From: Nostoc sp.
GTDB lineage: Bacteria; Cyanobacteriota; Cyanobacteriia; Cyanobacteriales; Nostocaceae
NCBI RefSeq assembly: GCF_036917355.1
Contig: NZ_JBALDP010000021.1
Span: 30,542 to 94,541 of the forward strand
Direction: 5' to 3'
Length of the DNA: 64,000 nucleotides
Positions 1 through 10,168 of the stretch are shown here, in pieces. Both the position numbers and the translations under genes were made by a program. A model generated the notes under the pieces. That model had not been told where the DNA came from, did no database searches, and was given only the letters and a program-made list of their open reading frames with translations. How positions within the stretch are numbered: position 1 is the stretch's first letter; each line of letters starts with the position of its first letter.

Positions 1-387
1 ATTGGTAGTGTTGGCAGAGATTTCAATGCAAGTGGACAAGCTTTAAATTTAGGTGATATTAGCGGTACGGTAACAAACACCATCAACCAGTTACCAGCAT
101 CTTCCGAACCTGATAAACCGGGGATTAAGGAATTGTTGACGCAATTGCAAGCAGCGATTGAGGCTGATACAAATTTACCGCAAGAAGATAAAGTTGAGGC
201 ATTAGAACAAGTGAAAGCTTTAGCAGAAGCCGGGAAAAATCCTCAAGAGGGGGCGATGCAAAAGGCGGCGAAAACGGCTATTAAAATTTTAAAAGGTACA
301 ATCGCTAGTTTACCCAGTGCCACAAAGTTGGTTGAACAGTGCAGCAATCTATTGCCGTTGATTTCCAATTTTCTGGGTTTAGGATAG
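1..387 (+). CDS. 3' end of a protein running in from the left edge; helical C-terminal tail of the type found on Nostoc pentapeptide-repeat and similar proteins
   Basis: Frame 1 is open from base 1 (IGSVGRDFNASGQALNLGDISGTVTNTINQLP...) to TAG at 385-387. The provided 133..387 ORF is only the tail. Confidence 0.6.
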   Translation: MGSVGRDFNASGQALNLGDISGTVTNTINQLPASSEPDKPGIKELLTQLQAAIEADTNLPQEDKVEALEQVKALAEAGKNPQEGAMQKAAKTAIKILKGTIASLPSATKLVEQCSNLLPLISNFLGLG

Positions 388-403
388 TCAAATTAAGACT
401 CGG

Positions 404-530
404 CGAATGGAATTCGCGGCTACACCGCCTTTCCTGCGGAATGCTATGCGAACGCGGACTAAGGACAAATCAAAGTTTTTTAACCCACCTCTGTGGGTTT
501 TGCTTGTGTAGACGCGGTTTCTAACCACCC
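404..530. repeat. Non-coding palindromic Nostoc repeat element (MITE/REP-like) with an internal 24-nt insert
   Basis: Imperfect terminal inverted repeats GGCGAATGGAATTCGCGGCTACAC / GTGTAGACGCGGTTTCTAACCACC. The left half resembles 31227-31277. Internal CTTTCCTGCGGAATGCTATGCGAA (429-452) resembles the insert at 10142-10165. Confidence 0.6.
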
Positions 531-624
531 TTTTAGCTACGATCGCACCCTTTGACCCTATTGAAGCCAGAGATTAAGGTAAAATTATAAGTAAAAGTAT
601 TAAGAATTTTAAAGAAAGTAATCA

Positions 625-2139
625 ATGTCCAGCATTTCTATTGACAAAAGTAACTCTCATGTAACTGTTATTGGTGCAGGAATAGGTGGACTGACTGCTG
701 GAGCATTATTAGCTCATAGAGGTTACAGCGTCTTAATTTTGGATCAAGCCCTCGTACCAGGAGGCTGTGCTTCGACGTTTAAACGCCAGGGATTTACCTT
801 TGATGTGGGAGCAACTCAGGTGGCGGGGTTGGAACCAGGGGGAATTCACCACCGGATTTTCTCAGAATTGTCAATAGATTTGCCACAAGCAACGCCTTGC
901 GATCCTGCTTGTGCGGTGTATTTACCTGGGGAAAGTACACCCATCAATGTTTGGCGCGACCAACAGAAATGGCAAGAGGAACGACAAAAACAGTTTCCTG
1001 GGAGCGAACCATTTTGGCAGTTGATGGCAACTTTATTTGATGCTAGTTGGGAATTTCAAGGACGCGACCCGGTGCTACCGCCGCGTAATTTATGGGATTT
1101 GTGGCAGCTAACTCAGGCGGTGCGTCCCAGTACATTAATTACCGTACCCTTCACCTTGTTTACGGTAGGAGATGCTTTACGGTTATGTGGATTAGGAAAT
1201 GACCGACGACTGAGAACTTTTTTGGATTTACAACTGAAGCTATACTCCCAGGTAGATGCAGACGAGACAGCATTACTTTACGCCGCCACAGCGTTGAGTG
1301 TATCCCAACTGCCCCAAGGATTGTTTCACCTCCAGGGAAGTATGCAAGTATTAAGCGATCGCTTGGTACAATCCTTAGAGAGAGATGGCGGTAAATTATT
1401 GATGCGCCACACTGTAGAAGAAATCAAAGTAGAAAACGGTAAAGCCAGTGCTGTTGTTATTAGAAATCAAAAAACTGGTGAAGTTTGGACAGAAGCAGCC
1501 GACCACATAGTTAGCAACGTCACCGTACAGAATTTGGTGCAGTTGTTGGGAGAACAAGCGCCATCTGGTTATAAAAATCGGGTGGAAAAACTGCCTCAAG
1601 CATCGGGTGCTTTTGTGGTGTATTTGGGTGTAGATGCCAGTGCGATTCCGCCTGAATGCCCTCCCCACCTGCAATTTCTCTACGATGTCAATGGCCCTAT
1701 TGGCGAGAATAATTCCCTATTTGTTTCCGTCAGTCATCCTGGAGACGGCCGCGCACCGGAGGGGAAAGCGACAATTATTGCTTCTTCGTTTGTCGATCCT
1801 GCACAGTGGTGGCACACTGATGATTATGAAGGACTAAAAGAAAAGTTTACCCAAGAAGCGATCGCTCGTCTTGCTCAATACTTCTATCTCAAACCAGAAA
1901 CTATTATTCATCAAGAAGCGGCAACACCCCGCACTTTTGCCCATTTCACAGCCCGCGATCGCGGTATAGTTGGCGGTATTGGTCAAAGAATACCCACCTT
2001 TGGACCCTTTGGGTTCGCCAATCGGACACCAATCGAGAATTTGTGGTTAGTTGGTGACTCCACCCATCCAGGGGAAGGTACTGCTGGGGTGAGTTACTCG
2101 GCGCTAACGGTAGTTAGGCAAATTGAAGCGCAAATGTAG
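625..2139 (+). CDS. crtD: Carotenoid C-3',4' desaturase CrtD (myxoxanthophyll pathway), FAD-dependent
   Basis: GAGIGGL dinucleotide-binding motif, PGGCASTFKR.GFTFDVGATQVAGLEPGG signature, C-terminal GDSTHPGEGTAGV; 504 aa. Confidence 0.85.
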   Translation: MSSISIDKSNSHVTVIGAGIGGLTAGALLAHRGYSVLILDQALVPGGCASTFKRQGFTFDVGATQVAGLEPGGIHHRIFSELSIDLPQATPCDPACAVYLPGESTPINVWRDQQKWQEERQKQFPGSEPFWQLMATLFDASWEFQGRDPVLPPRNLWDLWQLTQAVRPSTLITVPFTLFTVGDALRLCGLGNDRRLRTFLDLQLKLYSQVDADETALLYAATALSVSQLPQGLFHLQGSMQVLSDRLVQSLERDGGKLLMRHTVEEIKVENGKASAVVIRNQKTGEVWTEAADHIVSNVTVQNLVQLLGEQAPSGYKNRVEKLPQASGAFVVYLGVDASAIPPECPPHLQFLYDVNGPIGENNSLFVSVSHPGDGRAPEGKATIIASSFVDPAQWWHTDDYEGLKEKFTQEAIARLAQYFYLKPETIIHQEAATPRTFAHFTARDRGIVGGIGQRIPTFGPFGFANRTPIENLWLVGDSTHPGEGTAGVSYSALTVVRQIEAQM

Positions 2140-2341
2140 TATTTTGTAAAGTTAGTAATGAAGAGTTTGTAGTAAGCACTTTGGTGCTTAGAAAATAACG
2201 ACTAAAGTCCCTGCTACAAACTTATTTACAACTATTTAGATAGAGCAAAAATTTTATTAAATACTATAAATCATACTTATAACCGATGCCAAGCAGGACA
2301 CAAAACTGATGGAATAAGGTTAGTGTTGCGAATTTGGAGTA

Positions 2342-3448
2342 ATGACAGATAGCGTTTTAATTCTTGGAGGAAGAGGGCGCATTGGTAGCAGTGTTGCCGA
2401 GGATCTAGCTACCCATACGCAGGCTCAAATTACGATTACTGGACGTTCTGCGGAATTCGGGAAGGCTGTTAGCTTGTCTTCGGGGGGACAAGTGCAGTTT
2501 TTGATATTAGATTTGGCAGAAGTTGACAAGTTGCGAGATGCGATCGCAAACTCTAATTTAGTCATTCATTGTGCCGGGCCATTTCACTATCGAGATACTA
2601 ATGTTCTCGAAACCTGTATTGCTGAAGGCGTTAATTATCTAGATGTTAGCGACCACCGTTCTTATACCAGCAAAGCTCTGAATTATCATGAAAAAGCTGC
2701 TGCCGCTGGCGTGACAGCAATTATTAATACTGGCATTTTTCCTGGTATTTCTAACAGCATGGTACGCCAAGGAGTTGAACAATTTGATAAACCCGAAAAG
2801 ATCCATTTAAGTTATTTAGTTTCTGGTTCTGGTGGTGCTGGCATTACAGTGATGCGGACAACTTTTCTAGGGTTGCAGTATCCTTTTGAGGCTTGGATAG
2901 ATGGAAAATGGGAAATAGTCAAACCTTACAGTGAAAGGGAAGTAGTTGAGTTTCCATCTCCTTATGGACGCAGCGGAGTTTATTGGTTTGATATGCCAGA
3001 AACCTTTACACTTCCCCATGCATTCCCATCAGTGAAAACTGTAATTACCAAGTTTGGTTCTGTTCCAGATTTTTATAATCACTTAACTTGGATTGCGGCA
3101 CACGTTTTTCCCAAGTGGTTAATGCAGCGTCGTTACATGATTGAATTTCTGTCTCATGTCAGCCATTCAATGACAGATGTCACTAATAATTTTAGTGGAA
3201 TTGGAGTAGCAGTTCGTTCTGAGGTTACAGGGCAAAAGAATAGTGAGACAGCCGTTTATTGTTCGACTGTAGTGCATGAAAATACAGCGCTGGCTTCTGG
3301 TTGCGGTACAGGTAGTATTGCCCAATTATTGCTAGAAGGTAAACTCAAGAAACCAGGAGTTTTTCCTGTAGAAGAAGCATTACCAACAAATTTATTTGAA
3401 GAGGTAATGCAAAGCCGAGGAATTAAAATTAATCACAGTTGGTCATAA
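2342..3448 (+). CDS. Saccharopine dehydrogenase-like NAD(P)-binding oxidoreductase
   Basis: N-terminal ILGGRGRIG Rossmann motif, HCAGPF, YLDVSD, GIFPGISN. Confidence 0.8.
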   Translation: MTDSVLILGGRGRIGSSVAEDLATHTQAQITITGRSAEFGKAVSLSSGGQVQFLILDLAEVDKLRDAIANSNLVIHCAGPFHYRDTNVLETCIAEGVNYLDVSDHRSYTSKALNYHEKAAAAGVTAIINTGIFPGISNSMVRQGVEQFDKPEKIHLSYLVSGSGGAGITVMRTTFLGLQYPFEAWIDGKWEIVKPYSEREVVEFPSPYGRSGVYWFDMPETFTLPHAFPSVKTVITKFGSVPDFYNHLTWIAAHVFPKWLMQRRYMIEFLSHVSHSMTDVTNNFSGIGVAVRSEVTGQKNSETAVYCSTVVHENTALASGCGTGSIAQLLLEGKLKKPGVFPVEEALPTNLFEEVMQSRGIKINHSWS

Positions 3449-3638
3449 GTGTCTATCCGATAAGAAAGTAAAAATATCAGTCTAATTAAGTAGACTTGAG
3501 CTATTAGTCCAGAAGTTGAGTTCTAGATGGTATGTTAGTAAGCACGACAATTTTTGACTATAGCGATTATCATTTTAAAGAGGTACACGGGTAAGTGGCA
3601 AATTTTGTCCTACTACTAAATCATTTGTGAACAACGAG

Positions 3639-3667
3639 ATCCCCGACTTTTTAGAGAAGTCGGGGAT
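3639..3667. repeat. Short palindromic REP-like element or terminator
   Basis: ATCCCCGACTT-N7-AAGTCGGGGAT perfect 11-bp stem. Confidence 0.6.
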
Positions 3668-3825
3668 TTTAGTCTTGTGAATAAGATTACCCTAGCTAAA
3701 AATTAATATACCTTGAGATAGAAGAAAGAACTGTACCTAAACACTTAGGATGCCTGTGAGCCTAAGATATCTAACCTATCTTCTACCTAAAAAAGCTCAT
3801 CACAAAAAATTAGGAGATTTTTTTC

Positions 3826-4215
3826 ATGCAAAAAATTCTATTAAGTTTAAAACAAGCATTACGTTCAAGCTTTTTGGTTGTTGGTTTGATGGTTTTCATC
3901 AGCTTGACAGGTTCCTTCATTTTTGTTCAGCAAAGTAGTTATGCAACTACTCTTGAAGAATTAAAACTAGTACCTCCAGAGTATAAACCAAATTCTGAAG
4001 AAAAAATTAATCGTGCTAACGAATACGATCCAGGTGTTGGCATTCAAGAAGAAGACAGACAAAAAGCTTATGAGCAAGCAATAAAAGATTCAAAAAATCT
4101 TACTACTATAGAGAAGACTTACGAAAGAAATTTGAAGGCTGAACAAAAACAAAATCCCCCAGAAAGTTTTGGCGAAAAAGCGAAAGAAGTTATTGAAAAA
4201 GTGACAGGTAAATAG
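3826..4215 (+). CDS. Hypothetical exported or membrane-anchored protein
   Basis: 129 aa; hydrophobic N-terminal segment (FLVVGLMVFISLTGSFIFV) followed by a charged helical domain. Confidence 0.7.
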   Translation: MQKILLSLKQALRSSFLVVGLMVFISLTGSFIFVQQSSYATTLEELKLVPPEYKPNSEEKINRANEYDPGVGIQEEDRQKAYEQAIKDSKNLTTIEKTYERNLKAEQKQNPPESFGEKAKEVIEKVTGK

Positions 4216-4314
4216 GGAATATAGACCTAATCCTAACACCTTTATTACAACAGAAATGGGAATTTAAGACTAAAACTGCCTCTTAAATTGGGAGTAAGGT
4301 TCAGACAATTAAAC

Positions 4315-4342
4315 TGTAGCGACTTTTAAGACAGTCGCTACA
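4315..4342. terminator. Hairpin between convergent genes, probable bidirectional terminator
   Basis: TGTAGCGACT-N8-AGTCGCTACA perfect 10-bp stem between stops at 4215 (+) and 4357 (-). Confidence 0.55.
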
Positions 4343-4356
4343 TACAAAAATGGCTT

Positions 4357-5655
4357 TTACTCAAATTCGTCTATTGTAGTCGGAGTAGTAGTTTTTTTCT
4401 TGTTAGCAAAATTGCGCTCATACCACTTCATTAATGGAGTTGCACTAATTCCATGCACAATGACCGAGGCAACAATAGTAGTGTAAGTTATCCAAGCAAT
4501 TTGTTCGGCTGCTTCACCTTTCAAGCCATGACCAAAGGCATAAGCTAGATAATATAAAGAACCAACACCGCGAATACCAAACCATCCAAATAACAACCGA
4601 GTTCCTGGGTGGAAGGTTCGGCGGCGTGAATCTAGAGGACGTTTACCTATTGTGCTAATCCAAACTCCTAAAGGTCTGACGATAAAGAATAACAAAATTA
4701 TCACTAACACAGATTGCATAGCATAATTAAGCATTGGTTTCAATAATAGTATTGAACCTAATAGTAAAATTGTCCCTACTTCTAGCAGCTTTTCTACTTG
4801 CTCAACAAATTCTAATTGTTCTATCGGTTTTTCAGAATTCCTGTAACTGCGTTGAACAACTAACCCAGCAACAAATACCGCCAAAAATCCATAGCCATTA
4901 ACCATTTCTGTTAATGAATAAGTTATTAAAATTGTGCTGATAGCAATAAAATCTTCCATTAACTCATCGGTAGGACGGCGTTTTTGAACTTTTTTTTCAA
5001 TCCAAACTATAGATTTGGCAACAACAATTCCCATAATAATGCCAGATGCGATCGCCCATATTAAATCAACTGTAATCCACTGTTGAAACCAGTTACTCCA
5101 GTTGTCATCTTCTAAGGCATGAATGCCAAAATAAACAAAGGGAAAAGCTAAAGCATCATTTAACCCACCTTCAGAAGTTAAACCAAATCTCAACTCATCT
5201 TGGTCATTTGCACTGGTCAGTTGTACTTCTGATGCTAATACTGGATCGGTAGGTGCGAGAATCGCTCCTAATAAAATTGCTTCTCCCCAATTCATGCCTA
5301 AAAACAATTTACCCACAACAGCCAGAGCAAAAATTGAAATTGGCATCAAAAATAGAATCAATCGCACCGTAATATCCCAAACCCCCAACTTTAGAGGCCG
5401 AACAATTCTTAAGCCGCAACTAAATACAGAAATAATTACTACAAGTTCTGTTATTTTCTCCAGCAGTTCGGTGTTAAAAACGTCATCCCTACGTAATTGA
5501 ATCAGCCCTAAGCCATAAGGGCCTAGAAAAATACCAACCACTAGGTAGATGATGGCAAAAGAAAGGGGTAAACGAGTAATCCAACCTGACCCTAAAGTTA
5601 CCATCAGCAAAAGTAGACCAATCACAAATAGGTCAATAATATAGATATCTACCAT
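4357..5655 (-). CDS. Cation:proton antiporter (CPA1/NhaP family)
   Basis: Many TM helices; LAPTDPVLAS, SEGGLNDALAFPF and GWFGIRGVGS motifs. Confidence 0.85.
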   Translation of the reverse strand: MVDIYIIDLFVIGLLLLMVTLGSGWITRLPLSFAIIYLVVGIFLGPYGLGLIQLRRDDVFNTELLEKITELVVIISVFSCGLRIVRPLKLGVWDITVRLILFLMPISIFALAVVGKLFLGMNWGEAILLGAILAPTDPVLASEVQLTSANDQDELRFGLTSEGGLNDALAFPFVYFGIHALEDDNWSNWFQQWITVDLIWAIASGIIMGIVVAKSIVWIEKKVQKRRPTDELMEDFIAISTILITYSLTEMVNGYGFLAVFVAGLVVQRSYRNSEKPIEQLEFVEQVEKLLEVGTILLLGSILLLKPMLNYAMQSVLVIILLFFIVRPLGVWISTIGKRPLDSRRRTFHPGTRLLFGWFGIRGVGSLYYLAYAFGHGLKGEAAEQIAWITYTTIVASVIVHGISATPLMKWYERNFANKKKTTTPTTIDEFE

Positions 5656-5799
5656 ATGACGATTTACATAAATATAAGGTGTTGCTTTGTAAGCTTAGTT
5701 GCAATACCTTTGTATTAGAATTTACCTATGGGCAGATTTTCTGGGATTAGGAATTCAGAGACACCACCAAATTGGAGAAGAAAGGAATAGATAAATTTG

Positions 5800-5828
5800 G
5801 CGTTGGCTTTGCCCATCGTAGACATTGC
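5800..5828 (+). mobile_element. 21-nt SDR-type element in a degenerate HIP1 site
   Basis: GCG|TTGGCTTTGCCCATCGTAGAC|ATTGC; insert 5803-5823. Confidence 0.6.
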
Positions 5829-6124
5829 GCTTTAATTATTTGTTAAAAGTGCTGTAACTAATCAGATGTAACACGGGAATATAGCTAAGACACACCTATA
5901 CGCTTTTACGAATAGTTTGTAAGCTAAACAACATCTAATCCAAAATTTATATAACTCTTGTGGCATAGGTCGAAAAGCCTACGCTAATTATGCAAGTTAA
6001 ATGTGGAACAGCTTAATCGTGTTCAGTTAAAGGGATTTTTGGGCTTTCTGCATAGATTAGGGAATATAGCCAATTGGACGGATATGATATATTTCCTACT
6101 TTCTGACTCAGATATCGGCCAATT

Positions 6125-6144
6125 TAGTACAAATATACTATAAT
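6125..6144 (+). promoter_or_regulatory. Candidate cyanobacterial LexA box overlapping a consensus -10 element
   Basis: TAGTACAAATATACTA (6125-6140) is near-palindromic, one mismatch to RGTACNNNDGTWCB. TATAAT lies at 6139-6144. Confidence 0.5.
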
Positions 6145-6226
6145 AGATATAGCGTCCACAAAGCCTAGCCAAATGCATAATGGCTCTGTGAAAACCTTCT
6201 GGAAGATGGATTCAAGGGTTAGTTCG

Positions 6227-6496
6227 ATGATGAAGCATTATATTCTCAACCTCAATCCGACTGCCAAGCATGAATGGGATCGGTGTATTTTACGTGACCC
6301 GCTGACTGCCAAACGCCCAGACATTGCTAAACTAATTGCCGAAGCAGTTGGTGCTGATACAGGTAGTTATTTGGTCAGCGTGAATATTGAAGTTCAAGTT
6401 TTGCAGCAAGCGGCAGTACCTCAAGCCGAACAACTCTCGCTTTCATTTCCAGAGGTGAGTGTGCCCTCACAACCACAACTGCGGGAAGCGGCTTGA
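6227..6496 (+). CDS. Small hypothetical protein, probable start MMKHYILNLN
   Basis: Within the 6173..6496 ORF; ATG at 6227/6230 lies downstream of the -10 box. C-terminal QLSLSF motif; followed by a hairpin. Confidence 0.65.
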   Translation: MMKHYILNLNPTAKHEWDRCILRDPLTAKRPDIAKLIAEAVGADTGSYLVSVNIEVQVLQQAAVPQAEQLSLSFPEVSVPSQPQLREAA

Positions 6497-6525
6497 GCTA
6501 CAGTGCAGAATTTAGCAGAAAATAA

Positions 6526-6547
6526 TAAGCCTGTATAAGCAGGCTTA
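6526..6547 (+). terminator. Hairpin after the 6227..6496 gene
   Basis: TAAGCCTG-N6-CAGGCTTA stem followed by a pyrimidine-rich tract. Confidence 0.45.
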
Positions 6548-6569
6548 CTCTTCTTATCCGCAGATAATC

Positions 6570-6597
6570 GTAGGGGCACAATATGTTGTGCCCCTAC
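6570..6597. repeat. Palindromic Nostoc REP-like element
   Basis: GTAGGGGCACAA-TATG-TTGTGCCCCTAC perfect 12-bp stem. Confidence 0.7.
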
Positions 6598-6922
6598 CCG
6601 TGTACTTCATTTACCTGAAATACTCTGTATAAACATGAATGAGGTTTAAATTTAAAATATTTTGATAGTTTATTTGAACTTGATTTTTGCTAATTTTTAG
6701 GAAAATGACTGTAAATAATTAGTGGAAAATAATTAGCATACCTGCACTTCAGACATCGCTTTTCCTCCCCTAATTGAGTAAATTTTGGCTATAATATGTA
6801 TATAGCTTCCACCAAGCTGATTTTAGTGTAAAACTGCTCTGTGACAGCCTTTTGGTAAATGGATTCAAGAGTTAGTCTTATACTTAAACACTACATTTTT
6901 GACCTTAGAGGAAAATTATTAA

Positions 6923-7318
6923 ATGATGCAACTGAGTCATTATCCAGCTGCGTTGGGCGAAGCCCTTGCCGAAGGCATCGCACAAGCTGCTCAACGGGCT
7001 AATGAAATAGATTCTCAGTTGATGGCAGTGCAGCACCAAGTTAACCGATTTGAAGGCAATGCAGACCGCACCGCCGCCTTTGAGATGGATTTGAAAAATG
7101 ATGCTCAACGCAAGGCTCGCCGCTTTGAGGTGCTGCTTGTAAATCAGGAATATCAAAAGGCAATAGATACCCAAATTCGATTAACTGTCGATAAAGCAAA
7201 TGCGATCGCTCATTTGGAATATCTGCGTAACCAGTTTAGTGTAGCTAAGTTGGAAGCAAGATTAGCGATCGCTCAACAACTCTCTGATTTTGAGTCTCGT
7301 GAATTAGTTGGTTTGTAA
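6923..7318 (+). CDS. Hypothetical coiled-coil protein carrying an in-frame 8-aa SDR insertion
   Basis: 131 aa, helical Ala/Gln/Glu-rich; GAGGA RBS at 6908-6912. Confidence 0.75.
   Translation: MMQLSHYPAALGEALAEGIAQAAQRANEIDSQLMAVQHQVNRFEGNADRTAAFEMDLKNDAQRKARRFEVLLVNQEYQKAIDTQIRLTVDKANAIAHLEYLRNQFSVAKLEARLAIAQQLSDFESRELVGL
6950..6981 (+). mobile_element. 24-nt SDR-type element splitting a HIP1 site inside a CDS
   Basis: GCG|TTGGGCGAAGCCCTTGCCGAAGGC|ATCGC; insert 6953-6976 encodes LGEALAEG. Confidence 0.8.
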
Positions 7319-7392
7319 TCACAACTATAAACCCCAGATGTGAATCTGGGGTTATCCAAATAAAATCGATGATTGTCAAATTAGAAAAGTAA

Positions 7393-8532
7393 TTATAATT
7401 TGTGGGATAGCAGTTGGAAAATTTGCTGATTAATAGTTGCAATATCAAAACGCTGACTAGCAGCAGTTCGGGCATTATTGGCTATAGTCGCAGTTATTTC
7501 CGTCTCCTGTAAACAAGTGATAATTACTTGTGCAAGTTCCTGGGGTTTTCCTGGTGTCACTAAAAAACCATTAAGTCCATGTTCTACTAATTCCATTGCA
7601 CCTCCAGCTTTGGCTGCAACTACAGGTTTTCCACATAGCATTCCCTCTACAATCACTCTACCAAAGGGTTCTGGCGAAGTAGAAGTATGTGCCACTAAGT
7701 CACATGCTGCCATTAATTGGGGAATATCAGAACGAAATCCTAAGAATTTGACGCGGTTTTCTAATCCCAGTTCACTAACTTGTTGGTGTAACTTTTGGAC
7801 ATAATCTTGTTCGCCAAACAGTGCATCACCCACTAAAATTACTGTCACCTCTTGCGGACATTTAGCCAGAGCATCAATTAAAATATGCTGTCCTTTCCAA
7901 GGTGCAAGACGGCTAAAGTGTCCAACGATAAATTTACCTTCTAATCCTAACTGTTGCTGTAATTGTTTAATATCAGACTCATCAGTTTGATAATTTTTTG
8001 GATTGAAGCCGTTATAGACAACTTCGATGATATCTGAGCGTCCTCCTGCTTGTACGAAGGCTGTTTGACTCGCTTGAGAATTAGCAATTACTAATGATGC
8101 AAAACGATTAGCTAAGTTAATAGCAATGCGAAGATTTGTTTGGCTAAAATGTTCTTTGGAAAGAATATCATGTAAATGATAAACCAGAGGGCGACGACTA
8201 AAAAAACTTGCCAACGATCCGACAACTAATGCTTTTTGGGTGTTTGCATAGATTAAATCGTATTCACGCGCTTTTTTTACTACCTTAGTAATCAGAGGTG
8301 CAAGTTGTCCCAAACTCTTCAATCCTTGTAGTAAACTGCTTTCTTTGCGAACTTGGATTGCTTGAGTTGCGAGAACTTCTACTGGGATATTATTTTGTTG
8401 TAGTAAATCTTTGAACGAGCCGTCTGCAAATAAACCTACCAAAGCGCGATCGCCATAAGGTTTAGCAATATCTATCAAACATAATTCGGCACCGCCTGGT
8501 TTACCGCTTTGATCTAAGAAAAGAATTCTCAT
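7393..8532 (-). CDS. Glycosyltransferase family 4 (GT-B)
   Basis: PGGAE N-terminal motif, SRLAPWKGQ, EPFGRVIVEGM..GKPVVA. Confidence 0.9.
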   Translation of the reverse strand: MRILFLDQSGKPGGAELCLIDIAKPYGDRALVGLFADGSFKDLLQQNNIPVEVLATQAIQVRKESSLLQGLKSLGQLAPLITKVVKKAREYDLIYANTQKALVVGSLASFFSRRPLVYHLHDILSKEHFSQTNLRIAINLANRFASLVIANSQASQTAFVQAGGRSDIIEVVYNGFNPKNYQTDESDIKQLQQQLGLEGKFIVGHFSRLAPWKGQHILIDALAKCPQEVTVILVGDALFGEQDYVQKLHQQVSELGLENRVKFLGFRSDIPQLMAACDLVAHTSTSPEPFGRVIVEGMLCGKPVVAAKAGGAMELVEHGLNGFLVTPGKPQELAQVIITCLQETEITATIANNARTAASQRFDIATINQQIFQLLSHKL

Positions 8533-8595
8533 TCAACCTCTATTTTATCTAATTTTGCTCGTGTAGTGCCCCTAGAATTTATTAAACTTACTTGT

Positions 8596-9765
8596 TTAAG
8601 TTAATAAAACATTCCGGACTTGCTGGGCAATTTGATTCCAGTCGTAATGTGTGGTGGCGTACTGGCGACAGTCCGATCGTGAAGGTATGGGGATATTTCC
8701 CAAAAGTACTTGTTCTAATTTTTCAGCAATAGCTAAAGCGTCTGTTGAAGTCGTAATCAAATCGGGTGAAAATTCTGATAAAATTTCTGGCATTCCCCCA
8801 ACAGGAGTACATAAAACAGGAGTACCACAGGCTAGAGACTCAACTATTACTAATCCAAATCCTTCAAAAGATTGACTAGGCATAATAGTTAATTCAGCTG
8901 CTTGATAAGCTATAGGCAATTGCTTATCAGGGAGAAAACCTAAAAACTTAACGTTGTCATCTAGTCCTAATTCTGTAGCCTGTTGTTGTAGTGCAGCTTG
9001 GATGTGACCACGACCTGCGATCGCTAGCCAAACATCTGGTATTCTGGGCTTAATTATAGCCAGAGCTTGCAATAATTTATCAACTCCGGTTCGATGTACT
9101 AAGCGGCGTGATGTAAATATAATCGGGCGATTACTAGGCCAGCCTAGCTTTGCACAAGCTTCCTGGCGTGATAAATTTGGTTGAAACCAATTAATATCAA
9201 CTCCACCGGGAATAATATTAATTTTGCTCCACGGTACTTGATATTTATCATGTAGAATTTTACCAAAAGCTTTGCTCAAAACAATGAAGCGATCGCAGCG
9301 ATTATAAGTGTTTTGTTCGATTAGCCAATGCTTGATTAAAAGACTGAGGTTTTTATTAACTACCTCTTGCTGACTCTCAGAAGCCCAAGGGCCATGAAAG
9401 TTAAAAGTAACTGGTACTCCTTTTGGCAAAATATCTAAAAGAGGAAAGCTGTATAATGCAAAGTGCAAATTAATAGCATCTGGTTTGCTAGTTCTTGTTT
9501 TCTGAAAGTTCGTGCGAATTGACCATAATCTTTTCCAAATTGCACTATCGGGACTCGCCAAGTTAGTCAGCTTAATCGGCGAATTTGTCTCAGTCTCTGG
9601 TAGACCAACTCCGCATAATTCAATCTGGTCTTGATTTGCTGCTAATTTATGAGTTAGCTCATAAATATACCTTTCCAGTCCTCCGGGACTTTTGGGAAAC
9701 CAGCCTAATCCCAGAGTGAGAATAGATGCAGATGAAGAAGTAAAGTTTTCTAGTTTATATTCCAC
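8596..9765 (-). CDS. Glycosyltransferase family 4; probable GTG start at 9765
   Basis: PGGLERY, RRLVHRTG, EGFGLVIVESLACGTPV. AGGAG RBS about 8 nt upstream of GTG 9765; the ORF track starts at 9804. Confidence 0.85.
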   Translation of the reverse strand: MEYKLENFTSSSASILTLGLGWFPKSPGGLERYIYELTHKLAANQDQIELCGVGLPETETNSPIKLTNLASPDSAIWKRLWSIRTNFQKTRTSKPDAINLHFALYSFPLLDILPKGVPVTFNFHGPWASESQQEVVNKNLSLLIKHWLIEQNTYNRCDRFIVLSKAFGKILHDKYQVPWSKINIIPGGVDINWFQPNLSRQEACAKLGWPSNRPIIFTSRRLVHRTGVDKLLQALAIIKPRIPDVWLAIAGRGHIQAALQQQATELGLDDNVKFLGFLPDKQLPIAYQAAELTIMPSQSFEGFGLVIVESLACGTPVLCTPVGGMPEILSEFSPDLITTSTDALAIAEKLEQVLLGNIPIPSRSDCRQYATTHYDWNQIAQQVRNVLLT

Positions 9766-10136
9766 TAATTTATCTCCTATAAATATACTAAAACAGGCGC
9801 ACATCTGTGCGCTTTTATATCTGTATGCAAACCTGAATCAATAGAATTTATGAATACACATTACCAATAATAATTTTTGTATAGAAAACCAATTTATAAA
9901 CTATTTATATATCAACGTCAACAAGGAATTAAAGCTGTATTTTTATTAACTAGATAACACCGAGATAGATATATATGATACTTCTCAACTCAACAACTTG
10001 AATGCTGTATGGAGAGAGAAAAAAACTGCTATAAATTAATAAATATAGAATATTTTTGTATTAATATTTACCATTCTGATTTCAAAACAAGTAAATATTA
10101 ATACCTTAACTTGACTATATCCATTTTTGTGGCAAC

Positions 10137-10168
10137 GCGATACTCCTGCGGAGTCGTTGCACGAACGC
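10137..10168 (-). mobile_element. 24-nt SDR-type element splitting a HIP1 site (intergenic)
   Basis: Plus strand GCGAT|ACTCCTGCGGAGTCGTTGCACGAA|CGC; insert 10142-10165. Confidence 0.7.

Noticed and set aside
339-524. 61-aa ORF after the first gene
   Set aside because: Overlaps the preceding CDS and lies mostly in a palindromic repeat element.
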